Positions 1 through 8,644 are shown, counted from the first letter of the stretch. The stretch: 64,000 nucleotides of DNA from Candidatus Wallbacteria bacterium (GCA_041441465.1 JASDSY010000010.1:105883-169882); one strand, 5' to 3'. Made by a program: numbers and translations. Notes: a model not told the origin generated them from the sequence alone.

Positions 1-71
1 GCCATTAATCAATATTAAGCAAACAAAAAATTAAAAGAAGCGTAAAAAAATTTGACGAATAAAAGGTATTT

Positions 72-1235
72 ATGAAATTCAAGCATTTAAAAATAATATT
101 AATAGCCATGTTAATAAGCGTTTTCACTGAAACCGCATTTGCGGCAAATTTCAAGGACGCCTGCTTTTACATAAAAAGCAAATGGGAAAATGAAAGACTG
201 GCAGCGATAAACGATTTCATCGAACTTGATAATGAAAACGCCGTGCCGTTTCTTGCGCGGGCGGTATCGGATAAAACGCCGGCCGTAAGAAAACGCGCGG
301 CAGAGGCCCTTATAAAACTTGGAAACCTTCAGGATTCTATAACGGTGCCGGCGCTTTTGGAACAGATAAAAATCGAACCCGATATCCCGACTCTCGGAGT
401 TTTAATATTCGCGCTCGGCAACTTTTCAGGCGAAGAAAACACGGTTAAAACTTTTAAGGAAGAATTTAAAAGCTATGAAGCCGAGCAAAAATACAATGTC
501 CTTGACGCGTTGATCCCGCTTGCCGTCAACCATAAAGCAGCATATCTTAATTTTTTTGAAATTATTACTGAATCGCAAAATTCCGATGACGCCCTTTTGA
601 GGCTGCACGCGGTAATAAATATGGGCGAATTCGGCGACCGTGAATATGTTACGGCGCCTTTAATAAAGGCGCTCAGCGATAAATATGACGATATACGCGC
701 GATGTCATGCAAATATCTCGGGATCATAAAACCGCAGCAAGCAATAAGGCCGCTTGTAATGGTCGGCCTTAACGATAAATCGCCGATGGTGCGCCGAAAA
801 TCTGTAATTGCCGTAAGAAATTACGCTCATCCCGATACTTTTGATTTTTTCAAAAATATCCTCGAATTCGACCTCGACGGCGAAGTACGCGGCGAAGCCG
901 CTCTCGCGTTTATCGATTTAAAAGACCGGCGCGCTCTGCCTTATCTTAAAAACGCTCTTCTGGATTCCCCGAACGTCGTGCGTCTTAATTCGGCTTACGC
1001 GCTGGCTTTTTTCGATGACGATAAAGGCCAGGAGGAGCTCGTATGGTTCTTATGGGAACAAAACCTTCCGGCGTACAGGCAGCGCGCAATTAAAGGCCTG
1101 GCAATGCTTAACAACCGAAGCGTGATAGACGATCTTCAGCGCGCGCTTTCCGACTGGGATGATATAGTCCGGGAAACGGCATTCCAGGCGCTCAGGCATA
1201 AATGGAAACATGATGTCAGAACCGAACCAAGATAA
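72..1235 (+). CDS. HEAT-repeat (PBS-lyase-like) protein with N-terminal signal peptide
   Basis: 387-aa ORF; hydrophobic N-terminus MKFKHLKIILIAMLISVFTETAFA; repeated units of the form AVRKRAAEALIKLGN / MVRRKSVIAV typical of HEAT-like repeats. Confidence 0.6.
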   Translation: MKFKHLKIILIAMLISVFTETAFAANFKDACFYIKSKWENERLAAINDFIELDNENAVPFLARAVSDKTPAVRKRAAEALIKLGNLQDSITVPALLEQIKIEPDIPTLGVLIFALGNFSGEENTVKTFKEEFKSYEAEQKYNVLDALIPLAVNHKAAYLNFFEIITESQNSDDALLRLHAVINMGEFGDREYVTAPLIKALSDKYDDIRAMSCKYLGIIKPQQAIRPLVMVGLNDKSPMVRRKSVIAVRNYAHPDTFDFFKNILEFDLDGEVRGEAALAFIDLKDRRALPYLKNALLDSPNVVRLNSAYALAFFDDDKGQEELVWFLWEQNLPAYRQRAIKGLAMLNNRSVIDDLQRALSDWDDIVRETAFQALRHKWKHDVRTEPR

Positions 1236-1324
1236 GCTGATTCATAATTTATTCAATGTTTTTTTATAAATCTTAAGTATTTAAAATTTTTAGCCGAAAA
1301 ATAATGGATTAAATTTTATAATTG

Positions 1325-1333
1325 TGGTATAAT
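1325..1333 (+). promoter_or_regulatory. extended -10 promoter element TGgTATAAT upstream of the carbamoyltransferase gene
   Basis: tggtataat about 38 nt upstream of the ATG at 1371; RBS-like gagg at 1356-1359. Confidence 0.35.
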
Positions 1334-1370
1334 ATTCCCACATAAATAAAAACTATGAGGTGTTATAGTA

Positions 1371-2555
1371 ATGAAAAATGAGGTAATGAAGTTAATATCA
1401 AAACTCAACGAACTTGATCACAAAATGTACGGAACAGATTTTTTTCTCACATGGGAAAAAAACGACGACCAGATAAACGCTACGCTTTTAACGGCTAAAA
1501 TATTGAAATCATTATACGAAGAAAACTATAGCTGCAAGCTTTTCAAATCAGGTCTCGCCATTTCAAACTTCCGCGATAACTCGACCAGAACGAGATTTTC
1601 ATTCGCTTCTGCTTCGAACCTTTTAGGCCTTGCCGTTCAGGAATTGAACGAAAGCACATCGCAGATCGCGCACGGCGAAACGGTCCGTGAAACCGCTAAT
1701 ATGATTTCATTCCTTTCAGAAGTTATCGGTATCCGCGATGATATGTATCTCGGCGAAGGCAATAAATACATGCATGAAGTCGCTGACGCTCTCGACGACG
1801 GCTATAAAAACGGTGTATTGCACCAGCGCCCTACGATAGTCAACCTTCAGTGCGATATCGACCACCCGACACAGTCTATGGCCGACCTTGCGCACTTAAT
1901 CGATTACTACGGCGGAGTTGAAAACTTAAAAGGCAAAAAAATCGCTATGACATGGGCTTATTCGCCAAGTTACGGCAAGCCGCTTTCAGTACCGCAGGGC
2001 ATTATCGGCCTTATGACAAGATTCGGCATGGATGTTACGCTCGCTCATCCTGAAGGCTATAACCTCATACCGGACACATTGAAAGTAGCCGAAAAGAACG
2101 CTAAAAAATCAGGCGGTTCGTTCAAGCATGTAAACACAATGGAAGAAGCTTTCAAAAACGCCGATATCGTTTATCCTAAATCATGGGCGCCTTTCAGCGT
2201 TATGCAGGAACGCACAACATTATTGAAGAAAAAAGACCTCGACGGCTTAAAAAATCTCGAAAAACGCTGCCTCGAAAACAACGCTAAATATAAAAACTGG
2301 GAATGCAACGAAAAAATGATGAAACTCACCAAAGGCGGCAAAGCGCTTTATATGCACTGCCTGCCTGCCGACATTTCAGGCGTTTCAAGCAAAGAAGGCG
2401 AAGTTTCAGCTAAAGTATTCGAAAAATACAGGATTGAAACATACAAAGAAGCTGGTTACAAGCCTTTTGTAATAGCCGCAATGATAGCTCTCGCGAAAGT
2501 TAAAGACATCTCAAGAGTTCTCGGCAGCCTTCGCAAAAAAAGATTCGCCGAATAA
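1371..2555 (+). CDS. ygeW: YgeW-type (long, knotted-class) carbamoyltransferase
   Basis: 394 aa; carbamoyl-phosphate binding motif STRTR (FRDNSTRTRFSF), HPTQ and HCLP motifs; about 80 aa longer than OTC/ATC, matching the YgeW family size. Confidence 0.75.
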   Translation: MKNEVMKLISKLNELDHKMYGTDFFLTWEKNDDQINATLLTAKILKSLYEENYSCKLFKSGLAISNFRDNSTRTRFSFASASNLLGLAVQELNESTSQIAHGETVRETANMISFLSEVIGIRDDMYLGEGNKYMHEVADALDDGYKNGVLHQRPTIVNLQCDIDHPTQSMADLAHLIDYYGGVENLKGKKIAMTWAYSPSYGKPLSVPQGIIGLMTRFGMDVTLAHPEGYNLIPDTLKVAEKNAKKSGGSFKHVNTMEEAFKNADIVYPKSWAPFSVMQERTTLLKKKDLDGLKNLEKRCLENNAKYKNWECNEKMMKLTKGGKALYMHCLPADISGVSSKEGEVSAKVFEKYRIETYKEAGYKPFVIAAMIALAKVKDISRVLGSLRKKRFAE

Positions 2556-2655
2556 TTAATTATAAAAAATCAGCTTAAATTTTTAAGCGAAGTTAACATA
2601 TCATAAAGTATTTAAACTTCACTTAAAAATGAAAATAAAAATTACGGGTTTTAAA

Positions 2656-2679
2656 GGGCACGCGCTAAGCGCGTGCCCC
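2656..2679. other. perfect GC-rich hairpin (gggcacgcgc-taa-gcgcgtgccc) downstream of the carbamoyltransferase gene
   Basis: 10-bp perfect inverted repeat; no clear U-run afterwards, so terminator versus regulatory hairpin is unresolved. Confidence 0.4.
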
Positions 2680-2725
2680 TGAATATTATTAAAAGTACCA
2701 AAAAAATAAAAGGGGATGGGGATTA

Positions 2726-3940
2726 ATGGACACACAGAAAATATTACAGGAAGCCAAAAATTATGAAAAAGACCTTATAAAATTTATGAGGGATTTGATA
2801 GCAATACCTGGTGAATCATGCCAGGAAGGCCCGGTAGTCAAACGCATCGAAGAGGAAATGAAAAAAGTCGGATTCGACGAAGTTAAAATAGACAAAATGG
2901 GCAATATTATAGGCCGCATCGGTAAAGGCAAGACCAAAATAATGATGGACGCTCATATCGACACAGTCGGAATAGGCGATCGCAGCGCATGGAAAATCGA
3001 TCCTTATAAAGGCGACATGAAAGACGGCATAATTTACGGACGCGGCGCTACCGATCAGCGCGGCGGCATGGTTTCAATGGTTTACGCCGGCGCTATAATC
3101 AAAAAACTCCAACTCGAAGACGATTACACTTTATACGTAACCGGCACATGCCAGGAAGAAGACTGCGACGGTCTCCCGCTTTTACATATGATCCGCGACA
3201 CTAAAGAAGTCGTTCCTGATTTCGTTGTAATCACCGAGCCTACAAACCTCGGCGTATATCGCGGCCACCGCGGCAGAATGGAAATGAAAGTCGTAACTAA
3301 AGGCGTTTCATGCCACGGTTCCGCTCCTGACCGCGGCGTCAACGCGGTTTACAAAATGATGCCTATCATTAAAGGCATTGAAAAATTAAACGAAGGCGGC
3401 TTAAAAGACGATAAATTCCTGGGCAAAGGCACAATCACGGTATCTAAAATCGAATGCCAGACACCGTCGCTCTGCGCCGTCCCTGACGAATGCACGATCT
3501 ACATCGACCGCAGAATGACCGTAGGCGAAACCGCAGAATCGTCAGTCGCCGAAATCCAGAAAATCATCGATGACAATAAAATAAAGGACGCAAAAGTTGA
3601 AATACTTCAGTACGAGGTAAAATCATGGACAGGACTCACAGTCGGCCAGGAAAAATTCTATCCGACATGGGTATTGCCTGAGGATCATAACCTTACCAAA
3701 GCCGCAGTTAAATCAGCTGAAATAGCGCTCGGCGAAAAACCGCGCGTCGACAAATGGACATTCTCGACAAACGGCGTGGCCTCAATGGGAAGACTTAACA
3801 TCCCGACCATAGGTTTCGGCCCGGCAAACGAAATATACGCTCACTCTATAAACGACCAGGTGCCTGTCGATCATCTTGTAAAAGCAGCTGCATTTTATGC
3901 TTGCTTCCCTAAAAATCTCCTTAACGAACTTAAAAAATAA
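2726..3940 (+). CDS. ygeY: M20 family peptidase/amidohydrolase, YgeY-like
   Basis: 404 aa; metal-ligand regions MMDAHIDTVG and GRGATDQRGGM typical of M20/DapE/ArgE-type hydrolases; same size as E. coli YgeY; RBS aggggatgggga. Confidence 0.7.
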   Translation: MDTQKILQEAKNYEKDLIKFMRDLIAIPGESCQEGPVVKRIEEEMKKVGFDEVKIDKMGNIIGRIGKGKTKIMMDAHIDTVGIGDRSAWKIDPYKGDMKDGIIYGRGATDQRGGMVSMVYAGAIIKKLQLEDDYTLYVTGTCQEEDCDGLPLLHMIRDTKEVVPDFVVITEPTNLGVYRGHRGRMEMKVVTKGVSCHGSAPDRGVNAVYKMMPIIKGIEKLNEGGLKDDKFLGKGTITVSKIECQTPSLCAVPDECTIYIDRRMTVGETAESSVAEIQKIIDDNKIKDAKVEILQYEVKSWTGLTVGQEKFYPTWVLPEDHNLTKAAVKSAEIALGEKPRVDKWTFSTNGVASMGRLNIPTIGFGPANEIYAHSINDQVPVDHLVKAAAFYACFPKNLLNELKK

Positions 3941-4076
3941 ATAATATCCAAACGCTATCAATAAATTCAGGAATTCGGAAGAATATTCCGGTTCCTGAAT
4001 TTATCGGGCATAATAAAATTAATTGTAAACATTAAAACATAGTAAAATTAATTATAATAACGGAGGAAATAGTCAC

Positions 4077-5015
4077 ATGAAAAAGGCAGTAATTGCGGTA
4101 GGCGGAAATTCACTTATAAAAGATAAAAATCACCAGAGCGTTCCTGACCAGTACGCTGCGGTATGCGAAACCGTAAAACACGTTACCGGCATGATCGAAA
4201 AAGGCTATAACGTCGTCATGACGCACGGCAACGGCCCGCAGGTCGGCTTCATATTAAGGCGCTCCGAAATCTCTTCAACGGAACTTCACGAAGTTCCTCT
4301 CGATTCCTGCGGCGCCGACACCCAGGGCGCAATCGGCTATCAAATTCAGCAGGCTTTTTATAACGAATTTAAAAAACGCAACATCCAAAAAAAAGCTGCA
4401 ACCGTAGTAACTCAAGTTTTAGTTGACCGCGAAGACCCGGCGTTCAAAACTCCTACCAAACCTATCGGCTCATTCATGCAAAAAGAGGAAGCCGACAAGA
4501 AAGTAAAAGAAGAAGGCTGGAACATAAAAGAAGACGCGGGCAGGGGTTACCGCCGCGTTGTGGCATCGCCTATGCCTAAAGAAATTATTGAAATCGACGC
4601 CATAAAAAAACTTATCGATTCAGACTTCATCGTAATCGCTGTCGGCGGCGGCGGCATTCCAGTACTCAAAAAAGAAAACGGCGATTTGGTCGGCACAGCC
4701 GCAGTTATCGACAAAGATTTCGCATCAGCGCTTCTTGCGGCAAATGTTAAAGCCGATGTTTTCATGATAACAACCGGCGTCGAAAAAGTCTGCATCAACT
4801 ACAATAAGCCTGACCAGAAAACAATCGATAAAATGACAATGGCCGAAGCTGAAAAATACCTTGCAGAAGGCCAGTTCCCGGCAGGCTCGATGGGCCCAAA
4901 AATCCAGGCTGCTATTATGTTTTTGAAAAACGGGGGAGAAAAAGTAATAATCACCTCGCCTGAATTCATCGAAAAAGCGATAAACGGCGAGACTGGAACC
5001 GTTATCACAAAATAA
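4077..5015 (+). CDS. yqeA: carbamate kinase family protein
   Basis: 312 aa; N-terminal AVIAVGGNSL and VVMTHGNGPQVG, and IVIAVGGGGIP, are characteristic carbamate kinase motifs; RBS ggagg. Confidence 0.75.
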   Translation: MKKAVIAVGGNSLIKDKNHQSVPDQYAAVCETVKHVTGMIEKGYNVVMTHGNGPQVGFILRRSEISSTELHEVPLDSCGADTQGAIGYQIQQAFYNEFKKRNIQKKAATVVTQVLVDREDPAFKTPTKPIGSFMQKEEADKKVKEEGWNIKEDAGRGYRRVVASPMPKEIIEIDAIKKLIDSDFIVIAVGGGGIPVLKKENGDLVGTAAVIDKDFASALLAANVKADVFMITTGVEKVCINYNKPDQKTIDKMTMAEAEKYLAEGQFPAGSMGPKIQAAIMFLKNGGEKVIITSPEFIEKAINGETGTVITK

Positions 5016-5054
5016 TTTTTCACGTTTCATAAATAATCACAATTTTAACACTAA

Positions 5055-5082
5055 ACGGCCTTTTAACAGGCCGTTTTTTTTA
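5055..5082 (+). terminator. intrinsic terminator after the carbamate kinase gene
   Basis: stem acggcct / aggccgt with loop tttaac, followed by an 8-T run. Confidence 0.7.
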
Positions 5083-5123
5083 TTTATAGATACACCATTA
5101 ATAGTTTGATCATTTTCTATGAT

Positions 5124-5411
5124 GGGGGAGTCAAAGGGCCAATGGCCCTCTAACTCCCCCTATTCCCCCCATAACTCCCGGCTATTTTTTCTTTGTTTAT
5201 TTTTAATTACCGCAAAGCGCGGACACTGTCCGCTTACTTTGCGGTAATTAAGCATTCGCGCAAAAATTTGCGCGATATGAAAATATAAGATAATATAACG
5301 AGCAGGCGCGGAGGCCTGCCGATAGACAGCAGTAAAGGTTCACGCTTATTTTATTTGATTGCCAGATACACGCAAAGCAAGTGGATACAATCCACGCTTT
5401 ACGTGTATATC
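5124..5411. repeat. cluster of five independent GC-rich hairpin palindromes in an otherwise AT-rich intergenic region
   Basis: hairpins at 5124-5160 (gggggagt...actccccc with inner agggcc/ggccct), 5203-5251 (ttaattaccgcaaag...ctttgcggtaattaa with inner gcggaca/tgtccgc), 5257-5274 (cgcgcaaa/tttgcgcg), 5302-5319 (gcaggc/gcctgc), 5365-5411 (gatacacgcaaagc...gctttacgtgtat with inner gtggat/atccac). Confidence 0.6.
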
Positions 5412-5444
5412 AGGATGGGTGGGGGTTTCAAGGAATTGTCAAAA

Positions 5445-5520
5445 AAGATTTTTTCGGGACCGCGTTCGAAAATCCTTCCGGGATTTTCGCCGCTTCCGAG
5501 ATGTCCCTGCAAAAATCTTT
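5445..5520 (+). repeat. structured intergenic element, copy A (second copy at 59611-59730)
   Basis: shares with copy B the blocks ttttttc-(g/a)ggg, hairpin aaaatcc-(t/a)tccg-ggatttt, ccgct and ccctgcaaaaat; closing helix gggac/gtccc. Confidence 0.5.
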
Positions 5521-5626
5521 TTTGACTCTAATATACATTCAATTTTTTAAAAGGTGTTTTATGAAATAAACTTTTTGATTAGCCTCTGACAAAAAAATTA
5601 AAAATGCGATGTTTTTTTTAAATATA

Positions 5627-5635
5627 TGTTATAAT
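5627..5635 (+). promoter_or_regulatory. extended -10 promoter element TGtTATAAT upstream of the 5674 gene
   Basis: tgttataat about 39 nt upstream of the ATG; RBS aaggag at 5661-5666. Confidence 0.35.
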
Positions 5636-5673
5636 TTACCTGGAAAACATTTTAAATTTAAGGAGCATTTTTA

Positions 5674-6324
5674 ATGAGAAGTAAAATAGTTTTATTTTTT
5701 ATGATTTTGACGATATTAATTTCATCAATCCCGGCTAATGCAGCAAGATTGGCCGAAGATAAAGGAAAAGAAGTGAAGCTTGACGCAGGGCAGAAGAAAA
5801 AACTGAACACTTTTTTCAGTAATTTTGCCGAAACATATCTCGAATTTTTCGCTGAAGGCAAAATTAAAAATGAAGAACTGATAAGGTTTGGAATACTGCA
5901 CAATTCAATTAATAAACCGGCTAATATAAAAAAAGTTGATAATTATTACGGTGTTCTGGCTGAAAAAGACGTCGAAACCGCCGCTAAAAAATATTTCGGC
6001 GAAATAAAAATAACAAATAAGTCAATTCAGGATTATGAATATTCGAAAGGCAATTATAAAATTCCTTATGCGGACGGCGAGGCATATAATTTTTCGCAGA
6101 TAGAAAAATTAATCGATATAAGTGATAATTATTATATCGCCTATTTAAATAACTACATTGCTTCTCCAGGTTTTACAGGCGATCCGCATGCTGCAATCGA
6201 TAAATTAAAAAAAGGCGAAGACACTCCGGAATTAAAAGATAAAATAAAAGCCGTAATAAAAAAGGTTGAAGACGGCGGCCAAAGCCGTTATATCTTAATC
6301 GAATATTTAAAAAATCAACTATAA
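5674..6324 (+). CDS. hypothetical secreted protein
   Basis: 216 aa; signal-peptide-like N-terminus MRSKIVLFFMILTILISSIPANAA; strong RBS; no family recognised. Confidence 0.55.
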   Translation: MRSKIVLFFMILTILISSIPANAARLAEDKGKEVKLDAGQKKKLNTFFSNFAETYLEFFAEGKIKNEELIRFGILHNSINKPANIKKVDNYYGVLAEKDVETAAKKYFGEIKITNKSIQDYEYSKGNYKIPYADGEAYNFSQIEKLIDISDNYYIAYLNNYIASPGFTGDPHAAIDKLKKGEDTPELKDKIKAVIKKVEDGGQSRYILIEYLKNQL

Positions 6325-6436
6325 ATTCCGCTCCGTGAATTTATAGTTACTTCATAATCACAGCAAAATAGCATAATTTCGAAATATAAAAACGATATTA
6401 TCTTAAAATAATTTAAGCATTATAAGAGGTAATAAT

Positions 6437-7288
6437 ATGGACGAAAATGATAATATAAACGCCAGCCAGAAGGAAATCGAAGGCCAGGAACATCAAAATT
6501 CAACACTCCGGCAAGAAGTGAAATTTTATATTCCGGAAATTACGAAAAATTGTGAACTTCCTGAAAATATAAAAATCGAGCTGGACACCTTTCTGGAAAC
6601 ATTGCTTAAATATTTATATGGCGGCTGTTTTCTTATAAGCTGTTATTTATTTTATGTAAGTAAATTCGGGCATTATACCGGACGCGGCAATTCAAGACAT
6701 TATATCCCTCCGGACCCGTCAGCTTTTCCTGACGCGCTATGGTTTATGGCCGGAGCTTTTTTATTTTTCATAATCGCATTAAACACCGATAATTATTACA
6801 TTTTAAACACCAAGCGAAAAACAATATATTATCACTTTAAATGCCTTTTCTGGAAATATATAAAACCGAGCCTGACTAACGATAAAATATTTGCAATCGC
6901 GGTAGACTGCAGGGAAAAACATCAAAAAAGCTCAAAATGGTGGGAATATGGAATATGCGCCGTTTCGAACGACGGAAAATTTACCGAATTAAGCGATTTT
7001 AAAAAAGATATTGAAAATCCGAACTGCCTTTCAGAACTGAATCACCAGGCAATGATAATGGCGATGGCGATGCAGTGCAAATTTGCCGAATGCCCTGAAA
7101 AACATTCGCTGCAAGCCGCAATGAACAATAATTCATTAGACCTGAAATATTTCGTGCCGCCGAAAGAAGAACCGCCGCCGCCGGCTCGACCTAAATATGA
7201 CTTCCTGCGGCTGATATTTACCGCTTTCCTGCTGATAACATTAGTCTCGGTAACGTTAATGGGATTAATGCTTTTACTTTGCAAATAG
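6437..7288 (+). CDS. hypothetical membrane protein, Cys-containing
   Basis: 283 aa; hydrophobic segments (CFLISCYLFYV, WFMAGAFLFFIIAL, C-terminal LIFTAFLLITLVSVTLMGLMLLL); RBS agagg; stop codon abuts the stop of the convergent radical SAM gene. Confidence 0.45.
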   Translation: MDENDNINASQKEIEGQEHQNSTLRQEVKFYIPEITKNCELPENIKIELDTFLETLLKYLYGGCFLISCYLFYVSKFGHYTGRGNSRHYIPPDPSAFPDALWFMAGAFLFFIIALNTDNYYILNTKRKTIYYHFKCLFWKYIKPSLTNDKIFAIAVDCREKHQKSSKWWEYGICAVSNDGKFTELSDFKKDIENPNCLSELNHQAMIMAMAMQCKFAECPEKHSLQAAMNNNSLDLKYFVPPKEEPPPPARPKYDFLRLIFTAFLLITLVSVTLMGLMLLLCK

Positions 7289-8365
7289 TTATTTCAGCAT
7301 ATCATACTGGCAATAAAGCAATTCACCGGTTTTTTCATCCCGAAGATGAAGACCGTTACCCTCGCACCAATCGAATACATCGCATTTAGCGCATTTTCCG
7401 GTTTTCATCCATGCGCGGTCGCGCATAACCTGAAATTTATTGTTCCAGCATTCTAAAAAATCGTCTTTATATATATTCCCCTGTATATAATCGGCGCGCA
7501 GGCTCGGACAGGCCGATATGGACCCGTCGGCCAGAACGGACCCTACATTTATGCCGGCGCGGCAGAACATATATCCTTTACGCGCGATATTTTCCATTCT
7601 TCCCAAAAAGCCGTCACAGGCATATTGAAGATCGATCTTGCCCTCGCGCCTGGTGTCGGCGATAAAGTCTATTATATACTTGAGCTGGTTCGACGTGACG
7701 CGCAAAAGGTCGTTCGTCAAAGCGCGGCCTTTCATAAATATATCGAAAAGACGCCATTTTTTTATCCCGATGCCTATCAAAAATTTTTTAATTTCATTAA
7801 GTTCGGTTATATTTTTCTGGGTAACGCATGTAATAGCTTCGCACACAATTTTGGGAAATTTAGACGAATGGGCAAGCGCGTTCGCAGCCGCATCGAATGA
7901 ACGTTCATTCTGCCGCAGCCAGTTATGGCTTTCGCGCAGTCCGTCAAGGCTTATCGAAACGGAATGCATCCCTGAATTCGCGAGCGAATCAAAACGCTCA
8001 TTCGTCAAAAGCATCGCGTTAGTAACAATTCCCCAGGGATAGCCGCGTTTAAAAAGCTCGAAACCGCATTCCTCGAGATCGCTTCGAAGCAGGGCCTCGC
8101 CGCCGGTAATGGCTATAAAAACATTATTCGGATTATACTGCTTTGAAATTATATCCGTTACTTTCAAAAAATCCTGATAAGGCATATCAGGCACCGTGCC
8201 GAGTTTCTGGCAATCGCTCCCGCAGTGACGGCAATTCAGCATACACCGCGAAGTGCATTCCCAGAATAAATAATTCAACTGATGTTTTCTAGTTTCCATC
8301 TTTTTGGCATAACGGAACATTTCAAGCGATATTTTCTTTTGAAAAGGAATATCAGTATAATTCAT
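7289..8365 (-). CDS. radical SAM enzyme with C-terminal SPASM-like Cys cluster
   Basis: 358 aa; CxxxCxxC motif (CMLNCRHC); glycine-rich ITGGEALL; C-terminal CAKCDVFDWCEGNG cluster; RBS gaggt. Confidence 0.7.
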   Translation of the reverse strand: MNYTDIPFQKKISLEMFRYAKKMETRKHQLNYLFWECTSRCMLNCRHCGSDCQKLGTVPDMPYQDFLKVTDIISKQYNPNNVFIAITGGEALLRSDLEECGFELFKRGYPWGIVTNAMLLTNERFDSLANSGMHSVSISLDGLRESHNWLRQNERSFDAAANALAHSSKFPKIVCEAITCVTQKNITELNEIKKFLIGIGIKKWRLFDIFMKGRALTNDLLRVTSNQLKYIIDFIADTRREGKIDLQYACDGFLGRMENIARKGYMFCRAGINVGSVLADGSISACPSLRADYIQGNIYKDDFLECWNNKFQVMRDRAWMKTGKCAKCDVFDWCEGNGLHLRDEKTGELLYCQYDMLK

Positions 8366-8615
8366 ATTATTAACCTCATTTTTACGGACGTGATTACAAA
8401 TATTATTTTATAAACTTTAATATATTATAAAACATCTTTTTATTTTTTTATACTCTTTTTTTGTTTTTTTATTTTTCGAACTTAATCGTAATTTAAGCAG
8501 TCAATATACTGAAAAAATTCATAAATATTTTTTCTGCCCCCGAAACTGCATATTCATTTTAAAATAATTAAAAGCCTACAATTTAAATTAAAGTTGACGC
8601 CATATATCAAATATA

Positions 8616-8644
8616 TTGACGAACATTGTCATTTTTTATATAAT
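8616..8644 (+). promoter_or_regulatory. consensus sigma70-type promoter TTGACG-N17-TATAAT for paralog 1
   Basis: -35 ttgacg 8616-8621, 17-nt spacer, -10 tataat 8639-8644; ggagg RBS at 8663-8667, ATG at 8677. Confidence 0.6.

Noticed and set aside
426-727. Antisense ORFs of 60-84 aa inside the HEAT-repeat gene (also 3124-3342, 4547-5030, 7042-7284, 7625-8042, 9380-9700 and many similar across the track)
   Set aside because: Each lies wholly within and opposite a longer ORF that has recognisable motifs; they have no RBS and are low-complexity or Cys/Arg-rich, typical of spurious reverse-frame ORFs.
5365-5411. Resemblance of ACGCAAAGC within a hairpin to a remembered segment of the c-di-GMP-I riboswitch
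   Set aside because: The match is a short string inside a simple near-perfect palindrome; the other elements of that riboswitch architecture were not found.
5359-5569. Two overlapping ORFs of 62-63 aa in the hairpin-rich intergenic region
   Set aside because: They overlap each other in different frames, span the palindromes and the conserved structured element, have Arg/Phe-rich low-complexity translations and no RBS. The region is better explained as noncoding structure.
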